From Pseudomonadota bacterium (GTDB taxonomy: Bacteria > Desulfobacterota > Binatia > Binatales > Binataceae), in contig JAJPKA010000018.1 in the NCBI GenBank assembly GCA_021323945.1, forward strand, positions 162,853 to 226,852: a stretch of DNA of 64,000 nt. The letters are read 5' to 3'. Below the pieces are notes generated by a model. It was not told the origin of the DNA. It saw nothing but the letters and a program-made list of their open reading frames with translations, and searched no databases. A program made the position numbers and the translations under genes. Shown in pieces: positions 56,936 to 64,000 of this stretch; positions within the stretch are counted from its first letter, which is position 1, and each line of letters begins with the position of its first letter.

Positions 56936-57660
56936 ATAGGTCGCGGCCCAAAATACGAGGCTCGGCCGCGATTGTGCTCATGATTTTGTGCGGCCTGTTG
57001 CCTGGCATGGTCGCAGCCAGCGGCGATAAGATCTGCGACGTGGCTGCGGATCTGGCGTTGGGGAATGAAGACTATCCTGAGGCTATCCTCTTGCACCGTC
57101 GTCTTCTTCAATCTCATCCTCACAACGCACTAGCGCATTATCACCTTGGTTTTGCCTATGGAATGATGGGGTTGAAGCCCAAAGAAATTAATGAATACCG
57201 GACTTCTGTCGGTCTGGGTCTGCGAAGCTGGGATCTGTTCCTAAATCTAGGCCTCGCCTATCTTGACCAGCACCAAATCGCTCAGGCCATCCATGCGCTG
57301 CAAACTGCTGCAGAGCTGGGTCCAGAGCATATGGAAACCCATTTTAATCTTGCAATTGCGTATGAAAGCCGGAACAGGCTCGTCGATGCGTCACGCGAGA
57401 TTGCGATTGCCCAGCGCCTTGCGCCGACGGATCCTGACATCGCCAATATGTCCGCGATCATCTACGCAAAGGCAGGAGATCGGCAGCGTGCGCATCAAAT
57501 CTGGCAGGAAATTGCACGGCATGCTCCGGATTATGAGCCGGCGGCGATCAACTTGGCGCTGTTAAATGCCTCGGGGTTCTGCGATAGTCAGCCCAGCAGT
57601 CTTTCTGAAGCGCCCTGCGCTCCCGCCCGCGCAACATATCACTTCGCCCCGGCGCGCTAA
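56932..57660 (+). CDS. Tetratricopeptide-repeat protein with N-terminal signal/TM
   Basis: AHYHLGFAYG, FLNLGLAYL and THFNLAIAY TPR helices. Confidence 0.85.
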   Translation: MNRSRPKIRGSAAIVLMILCGLLPGMVAASGDKICDVAADLALGNEDYPEAILLHRRLLQSHPHNALAHYHLGFAYGMMGLKPKEINEYRTSVGLGLRSWDLFLNLGLAYLDQHQIAQAIHALQTAAELGPEHMETHFNLAIAYESRNRLVDASREIAIAQRLAPTDPDIANMSAIIYAKAGDRQRAHQIWQEIARHAPDYEPAAINLALLNASGFCDSQPSSLSEAPCAPARATYHFAPAR

Positions 57661-58025
57661 TGCGTCACGAGACGGCGCTACGTGCCTCTCGATGGAAGCT
57701 GACCTCGTTTGCCCCGCGTGAGAAGGCGATTCTGTCTTTCTCGCCCCAACTGGCAAAGCCGTGGTGCTGCGATAGTGTTGCCCGAGCCCGTTTGAAGCCA
57801 ATCTGTCGAACAGTACGGAGTTGCCGTTTTCATCTAAATTGAACTGAGAAACTATCGGTTTAGCGCGCAGGCTCTTTGGTTGATCGCGGCACCGGACGTG
57901 AATTTCAAAAGCCCGAGGCTCTCGATACTCAGGGGTCTGAGTGATTGAAGATTGACCGGGATCGGCACAAAGTTGACTCAAGCGCCGATGCTGGCGTCGA
58001 GCAGGCTGTTGGGAGGATAAGCACC

Positions 58026-58835
58026 ATGGAGCGTGTGCAAGTCAATGGAGTCGATCTAGCCTATCAGCTACGGGGTGTTGGTTCACCGCTGGTAATGATC
58101 CACGGAGCCCAGGGAGATCAAACAATGTTCGATGGCCTCGCTGAGCGATTATCCGATAGTTTTCGCGTCCTCACCTTCGATCAGCGAGGCTCGGGACTAA
58201 GCGAAAAGCCACATTGCGAGTACACTATTGCTCTACTGGCGGACGATACTGCGAGTTTGATGGAACATGTGGGCTTTGAAGCCGCCCACGTGGTCGGCTT
58301 CTCGATGGGAGGAACGATCGCCCAGGAGTTGGCGCTGCGTCATCCGGCCAAGGTTCGTTCTTTGGTTCTGGGATGTACGACACCCGGTGGTACTCGAGCA
58401 GTTCGGATCGAGGGCAACGCGTTTGCCCAGGCCTATTCCACCAAGCCCATGACACCGGAAGAACGGGGCCGAGCACTGGCTGAAGCGGCGTTTACCAAGA
58501 GCTACATTGAGCAGCATCCTGAAGTTGTTCTCGCAATGATCGAGGCGCGCCGTCAGCGACCTTTGGATCCGATCGCCCTAGAGCGCCGGCTGAAGGCCGT
58601 TCTGTCCCACGATGCTTATGATCGTTTGCCCGAGATCGGCTGCCCGACACTAGTAATCACGGGTAGGAATGACGCGCTGGTGGCGTGGCAGAATTCCCAG
58701 TTGCTGGCGGAGCGAATTCCGGGGGCGAGAATAATCGTGTTGGAACCGGCGGGTCACTGCTTCTGGTTGGAGCAGCCGCAGACCACATACGAAGCGATTC
58801 GGGATTTTCTCGACTCGGTTTCTCAACGCAATTAG
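58026..58835 (+). CDS. Alpha/beta-fold hydrolase
   Basis: MIHG, FDQRGSGLS, GFSMGG nucleophile elbow, GRND, AGH. ATG 58026 follows GGAGG. Confidence 0.93.
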   Translation: MERVQVNGVDLAYQLRGVGSPLVMIHGAQGDQTMFDGLAERLSDSFRVLTFDQRGSGLSEKPHCEYTIALLADDTASLMEHVGFEAAHVVGFSMGGTIAQELALRHPAKVRSLVLGCTTPGGTRAVRIEGNAFAQAYSTKPMTPEERGRALAEAAFTKSYIEQHPEVVLAMIEARRQRPLDPIALERRLKAVLSHDAYDRLPEIGCPTLVITGRNDALVAWQNSQLLAERIPGARIIVLEPAGHCFWLEQPQTTYEAIRDFLDSVSQRN

Positions 58836-58959
58836 AGCAATCCGATGGGCGTTCAGCCGAGGCCTAATGTGCTGACAATTAACTCTTCAAATTAAACGCC
58901 AGAGAACAATGGTATCAGCACGCTGCAACTCATGTTTCGAGTTTCACGTGCAATCGCTT

Positions 58960-60129
58960 TTAACCTATGCCCATCATTTCGTTGAAGTTGGTTGCGTAAA
59001 AGCGTTGCTTGGACGCCTCATCAAGGCCTGTCATTGCTTGTTCGAAACGCTTGAGAGGATCTCGCCCTCCCTCAATATGCGGATAGTCTGATGAAAAGAG
59101 GAAAAGTTCGTCGCCAGCCTGCTGAATAATCCAACCGACCGGCTCGGTCGGATGCGGAGTGAACTTAATTTGTCGCCGAACGTAGTCAGACGCCTTGAGC
59201 GGCAGTTTCAAATACGGCTCACTCCGAGCGAATATCTGCTGCGCGATATCGAGGCGCTTGATCCAGGGTACTACCCATAGCGCGCCAAGTTCGATTACTC
59301 CGCATCGCAAGCCAGGAAAGCGTTCGAAGGTTCCGTCGAGCACCATCGCGCTTAGAAACGCCTCCGCCGGCAAGTGCAAAATAGTAAAGTCTTTAGAGTC
59401 GAGATCCTCGCCGCCGCCGAGCCATCCGGTCTTCTCATTTCGCCCATTATTACGGTAGGCGTCTGACATAGGACGGTGACCGCCACCGGGGATCTGACCC
59501 GCCCCTACGTGCAACATGAATGGCACGTGGGCCTCTTGAAGCACTGCCCAGACGCGGTCAAAGACGGGATGGCTGGGGGCGCGCCCTCGAGCAGGCCCCG
59601 CGGGTATCCAGAACGCCTTGCATCCCAGCCGGAGTGCCTCCCTAAGTTCCTGTTCAGCCCGTTCAGGTTCGTCAAGTGGGAGAAACCCGACGGCAATTAG
59701 CCGCGGGTCATTTCGGCAAAAATCGCTGATCCCACGATTGAGGGCCCGCGTCCCTCCGTATAGCAATTCCGGGTCGTACTCGAGCTGTTCATAGAGACCC
59801 CAGAATTGGCTCATCGCCAGGCTCGGAAACACCAGTTGTCGGTTGAAGCCCAACAGGTCGAGCGCGCGGCTGCGCTCAACCGAATCGAAGGCACCGAGCG
59901 CCGCCCAACCTTTGAGCGACATGAAATTTTTTTCGATCTCAACCTGCACCCAGTGGTCTGGAGTCGCGGGGGCGCTTCTCAGGTGTTCTACCATGTTGCC
60001 CGCTTTGGAAAGATCGAGTGGCTTAAGCAAGACCCGTATGTGCGCGTCCGCATACTCGGCCAGCCAATTGGTCGTTTCCATCAGGTGGGCGTCTGCATCG
60101 TTGTAGATACGGCCTTGAGCGTAGGGCAT
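58960..60129 (-). CDS. Amidohydrolase family 2 protein
   Basis: DADAHLME, LVFPS, LHVG, ERFPGLR...E, FSSDYPHIEG. Confidence 0.92.
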   Translation of the reverse strand: MPYAQGRIYNDADAHLMETTNWLAEYADAHIRVLLKPLDLSKAGNMVEHLRSAPATPDHWVQVEIEKNFMSLKGWAALGAFDSVERSRALDLLGFNRQLVFPSLAMSQFWGLYEQLEYDPELLYGGTRALNRGISDFCRNDPRLIAVGFLPLDEPERAEQELREALRLGCKAFWIPAGPARGRAPSHPVFDRVWAVLQEAHVPFMLHVGAGQIPGGGHRPMSDAYRNNGRNEKTGWLGGGEDLDSKDFTILHLPAEAFLSAMVLDGTFERFPGLRCGVIELGALWVVPWIKRLDIAQQIFARSEPYLKLPLKASDYVRRQIKFTPHPTEPVGWIIQQAGDELFLFSSDYPHIEGGRDPLKRFEQAMTGLDEASKQRFYATNFNEMMGIG

Positions 60130-60288
60130 AGTACCTCAACTGGCTAATCTGTTGGGCGAAAATGCAAGATTGATCGGCGCTTTTGAGCGCCAGGAAGCGC
60201 TCGCGTCACTCGTCTCTTGCCTGACATAGAAAACTGAAGAGTGGGCGATGCACCCATTTCATGATACTCGGCTGGAAAAAGCTCGGAG

Positions 60289-62523
60289 CTACTTGATCAC
60301 CTCGACCGCCACGTTGCCATGACGATCCAGGATCGCCACCGACGAGCCTTCGGGAATCCGGCGCAAAATTAAGGAAACCTTGCCGTCGCCAACCCTCAGA
60401 TTCTCGATTTTGACCCATTCAAGCCATTCTGGCATTTCCGCCGAATCGATGACCAGTTTGCGCTCGAACCCTTTTACCTCGATACCGAGGATCGCCTGTA
60501 AGATCATAAACAGACTAGCGGCGGACCAGGCTTGCGGGTGACAGGCAACCGGATAAGGAACAGGTCCGAGCCGTTCGTCGCGCGGGATGCCACAAAATAA
60601 CTCAGGAAGACTCTCAGTATTGAGATGACCAGCCGCCTCCATGAGCCCCTCGAGGATTCGAATCGCGTCCTGCCGCCTTTTCATGCGTGCCAGTCCCGCC
60701 GCGACCAAGGCGTTATCGTGCGGCCACACGGACCCGTTATGGTAACTCATGGGGTTATAGCGGCGCTCGCGAGAACTAAGAGTTCTAACGCCCCAGCCCG
60801 TGAACATTTCCTCGTCCATCAGCCGGTCGGCCAGTAATTCTGATTGTTCACGGTTGAGCAGGCCAGCGGCAAGACAATGACCAGCGTTTGACGACATCAC
60901 TCGGCACGGCCGCTTATCGCGATCCAGCGCCAATGCGACGGTCCGTTCATCTTCGAGCCAGAAGTCGCGGGAAAAACGGGAGCGTAGCAGTGCGGCACGC
61001 TGGTTGAGCTTGGCTGCCAATTGCGCGTGCCCGAGCCTTTGAGCAACCTCGGCAATGGAGCCATAGGCCGAGTATACGTAAGCCTGCACCTCGCAAAGCG
61101 CGATAGGCGGTTGTGCGAGCGAACCATCGGCGTGCGAGATGGCGTCAAAGGAATCTTTCCATCCTTGGTTGGCCAAGCCGTGGCCCGCCTCACATCGATA
61201 CTCAACGAACATGTCACCGTCGGCATCGCCCCAATGTTCGATCCAGTCCAAGGCGCGCACCGCGTTCGGCCATAATTCCTCAGCCAAGCCGAGATCACCG
61301 GTTGTCTCGACATAGCGGCCTAGCAACCACAAGAACAGTGGCGTTGAATCAACACTGCCATAATAGCGTCCGAAAGGTACCTGGCCCGTGAGCGCCAATT
61401 CGCCGTCGCGGATCTCATGGACGATCTTTCCAGGCTGCTCGTCGCGCTGCTGGTCAATACGCGACCCTTGGAGGCTGGCGAGGCATTTCAGAGTGCCGAC
61501 GGCCAAGGCGGGATTAAACGGGAGCGTGAAAAGGGCTGTGAGAATGCTGTCACGCCCGAATAAAGTTGCATACCAGGGAATTCCAGCCATTAAAAAGGTG
61601 CCCTCGCGAGCGAACCGAATCATCGAAGTCAAGTCTGCCGCCGAGCGACTAAGCAGCAGATTGAAGGATTCGTGGCTGCTCGAGATCCTGGCCCATCCGG
61701 CATCCAGCCGTGCGATCTCGGACCGTCGCTGAGCCAAAGCGTCGGCAAATCGCAGGGGCAATGGTGGGGCTTCACCGCTATCTTCAGTTCCGGCGATGAT
61801 CCGGATCTCAAGATCTCGGTACTCCTCGGGCTGCAAAGTAAAAACGAACGAAGCATGGCGCGGTTGCAACCAGGTGGGCGGCGACTCGAATTCGATTTTG
61901 GTGAATCTGGTTATTGAGTCTGATCCCCGATAGCGGAAGGTTACATTACTGTGTGCGACTCGTGTTTCGTAGTGCCGTGCTGAGTCGGAACGCTTAAATC
62001 CCCGTACCTCGAAGACATCGGCGAAGTCCGCTCCGAAGAGCAGGTCGATCGAGATCTCGACCGGTGTGCGCGCGTAGCTTCGCACCCGCAGCTTGTGAAA
62101 CAGTGCCGGACCCACAATCACACAGCTGCGCTCGAGCTGAATCGAGTTGCGCGGCAGATAGTTTTCTTCACCCCGCGCGCCCAGATCGGGATTGCTCAGA
62201 TTGACGCGCAGTTGCGCATTCTCCTGGCTGACGTCTGAATTAAGGTAGTAGGGCGTTTCACCTGCGATTCTTAGTTCGAAACAACTGAGGTAACGCGTGT
62301 CCCGGTGAAAGAAGCCGAGCGGCTCATCAGGCGACGCAATAATATCGCCACCCGCTTCAAATACCGCGAAGCTTTCGCCGTTGACCAAAACGCGGGTCGC
62401 GCGCCTGGAGAGCCGCACGGAGCTACGAATTTGGAAATCATGATCAGTCTTGCTAACGGGTGGTCCGAATGGCGAATCAACTTGTCCCGAGGTTTGGTCG
62501 CCAATGCTGGGTTGCTTCGTCAC
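60289..62523 (-). CDS. Amylo-alpha-1,6-glucosidase / glycogen-debranching family protein
   Basis: DTRYLS, AGIPWYATLFGRDS, EQPGKIVHE, YYGSVDSTPL, NQGWKDS, YHNGSVWPHD, PQAWS. Confidence 0.93.
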   Translation of the reverse strand: MTKQPSIGDQTSGQVDSPFGPPVSKTDHDFQIRSSVRLSRRATRVLVNGESFAVFEAGGDIIASPDEPLGFFHRDTRYLSCFELRIAGETPYYLNSDVSQENAQLRVNLSNPDLGARGEENYLPRNSIQLERSCVIVGPALFHKLRVRSYARTPVEISIDLLFGADFADVFEVRGFKRSDSARHYETRVAHSNVTFRYRGSDSITRFTKIEFESPPTWLQPRHASFVFTLQPEEYRDLEIRIIAGTEDSGEAPPLPLRFADALAQRRSEIARLDAGWARISSSHESFNLLLSRSAADLTSMIRFAREGTFLMAGIPWYATLFGRDSILTALFTLPFNPALAVGTLKCLASLQGSRIDQQRDEQPGKIVHEIRDGELALTGQVPFGRYYGSVDSTPLFLWLLGRYVETTGDLGLAEELWPNAVRALDWIEHWGDADGDMFVEYRCEAGHGLANQGWKDSFDAISHADGSLAQPPIALCEVQAYVYSAYGSIAEVAQRLGHAQLAAKLNQRAALLRSRFSRDFWLEDERTVALALDRDKRPCRVMSSNAGHCLAAGLLNREQSELLADRLMDEEMFTGWGVRTLSSRERRYNPMSYHNGSVWPHDNALVAAGLARMKRRQDAIRILEGLMEAAGHLNTESLPELFCGIPRDERLGPVPYPVACHPQAWSAASLFMILQAILGIEVKGFERKLVIDSAEMPEWLEWVKIENLRVGDGKVSLILRRIPEGSSVAILDRHGNVAVEVIK

Positions 62524-63670
62524 CTACGATACCCCCCGTTACAATTTTACCCGTCAACCGGCCGTCTGCGCGAGCCACCGCAAGACGGCCGTCGATTAGG
62601 TCATAATAGATACGTTCGTAATTTGCCGCCATGACGTCGGCGGTAAATCGCGATTCGAATTCAGCCCGACAGCGTTCGCGTGAGAGCGTCGGAATCCGAC
62701 CCACGGCCTGCACGAGCTCCTCAATGGTCGAGCCGATAAATCCCGTTACTCCATCGCGCAATACTTCAGGAACGGACCCGCAGGGGCGCGCGATAACCGG
62801 CGTGCCGCAGGCCAACGCCTCGATCATTACCAAACCAAAAGGCTCGGGCCAGTCGACTGGGAACATAAGGGCGATTGCGTTGCCCAGAAACTCGCTTTTT
62901 TCTCGCTCGCCAATTTCGCCGATAAACTCTATGCCTTCGGCTCCCAGCAGCGGTCGTATTTTACCCTCGAAATATTCCTTATCAGTTGCGTCAACTTTCG
63001 CTGCGATTTTCAAGGGTATCTTGGTGCGCAGCGCGACCTCGATTGCGAGGTCGACGCGCTTCTCGGGGGCTATGCGGCCCAAGAACGCGAGATACTTTCC
63101 TGGCCGCGGATGAAACTGCAGCTGCCCCGGAGGCAAGCCGTGATAAACTGTTCCTACCCAATTTAGCTCCGGCAAAGGCTGCCTTTGAGCGTTACTGATC
63201 GATACCACCGGTGCTTCAGCATAGTACCGATACACCTCAAGCACCTCCGGTATATCGAGACGGCCATGAAGCGTTGCGACGGTGGGCGTGTTTACCAGCC
63301 TCCCAAACGGGAAACTCCAATAATCCAGATGGCAATGGATGATGTCGAAACAACTGGCATTACCGAACACTTCACTGAGCATCGGCAAATGAAGGCTGTT
63401 ACCCCACGGCACCAGTCCCGCAGGTCGGAGAGCATCAGGGCGCATCGGCCGTAACGGAGCAGCCACTGTGGAATCGCCGGATGCGAACAGGGTGACCTCA
63501 TGACCTCGTCGTATCAGTTCCTCCGTCAGGTAGGCGACTACGCGTTCCGTTCCACCATAAAGCTTGGGGGGCACGCTTTCATAAAGCGGGGCAACCTGGG
63601 CAATCCGAAGCCGACGGCGCGGCTGATAGGTTGTGGTTATTTTTTCGTTCATTTGTTGCGTTGTTGCCAT
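62477..63670 (-). CDS. Glycosyltransferase family 4
   Basis: IAQVAPLYESVPPKLYGGTERV, TLHGRLD, GRIAPEK, WPEPFGLVMIEALACGTPV; overlaps the debranching gene start. Confidence 0.95.
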   Translation of the reverse strand: MATTQQMNEKITTTYQPRRRLRIAQVAPLYESVPPKLYGGTERVVAYLTEELIRRGHEVTLFASGDSTVAAPLRPMRPDALRPAGLVPWGNSLHLPMLSEVFGNASCFDIIHCHLDYWSFPFGRLVNTPTVATLHGRLDIPEVLEVYRYYAEAPVVSISNAQRQPLPELNWVGTVYHGLPPGQLQFHPRPGKYLAFLGRIAPEKRVDLAIEVALRTKIPLKIAAKVDATDKEYFEGKIRPLLGAEGIEFIGEIGEREKSEFLGNAIALMFPVDWPEPFGLVMIEALACGTPVIARPCGSVPEVLRDGVTGFIGSTIEELVQAVGRIPTLSRERCRAEFESRFTADVMAANYERIYYDLIDGRLAVARADGRLTGKIVTGGIVGDEATQHWRPNLGTS

Positions 63671-64000
63671 TCTCCCTAAGGTTGTCGTTCGTGCTTGCGG
63701 CTAGGCTGCGAGGCGCGAGCTGACCAGAACTACATCGCACACACGTCTCGCGCTTCTGCCGGCTCCGCGCCAGATTCGGCGCAGCTGTTAATGCTTCGAT
63801 TAGGCCTTCCTGAGCAAAGCCTAGCCGCCTTGGCATCGGCGGCGAGCGAGAAGTTCTCGCCGCAATCGGGGAGCGAGATCAGCGGACAGTAAAAACCAAC
63901 CGAGCGTCCGAGCGCCTTCCATCGGTGCGCGCTCGTCACCCTGAGTGGACAAAACGTGTACGCCCTTCTTCACAGGATACACGCCCCCTTTGGCGCATGC

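Noticed and set aside
60289..63670. GT4 plus amylo-alpha-1,6-glucosidase pair as a novel system
   Set aside because: This is a widespread, commonly seen gene pair with no unusual features here.
63671..64000. Short ORFs at the right edge
   Set aside because: No recognisable motifs, and the 63730-63939 frame is closed upstream by a stop; treated as intergenic or unresolved.

Overview
A gene-dense chromosomal window from a GC-rich Gram-negative bacterium (waaF, lpxD and arn-like genes present). The gene mix resembles deltaproteobacteria-like lineages such as Ca. Binatota; this taxonomy is inference only. Most of the window is housekeeping or envelope genes: rplU-rpmA, ald, gcvH, thiI, apt, pcm, murF, purE, arnT/arnC/split arnA-like genes, recD2, gatAB, waaF, lpxD, nfeD-slipin, UDG and tRNA-Phe. 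Two accessory systems stand out. (1) An ~8.5 kb co-oriented minus-strand cluster (13924-22397) encodes a luciferase-like flavin monooxygenase, a DltA-like stand-alone adenylation enzyme, a DltC-like carrier protein, a hexapeptide-repeat acyltransferase, an O-carbamoyltransferase, an FMO-like flavoprotein and an ATP-grasp ligase. I do not recognise this combination as a characterised pathway. (2) Just downstream of tRNA-Phe lies a complete cobalt-type thiocyanate hydrolase operon (scnB-scnA-scnC plus a P15K-like activator), followed by a multiply disrupted NiCoT cobalt/nickel permease pseudogene. Also notable are a three-domain cupredoxin with a degenerate third site, a sigma54 activator followed by a well-spaced -24/-12 promoter in front of an orphan 86-aa ORF, and a perfect 26-bp tandem duplication. 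No CRISPR array, integrase or transposase was seen. All family assignments come from motif recognition, not database searches.
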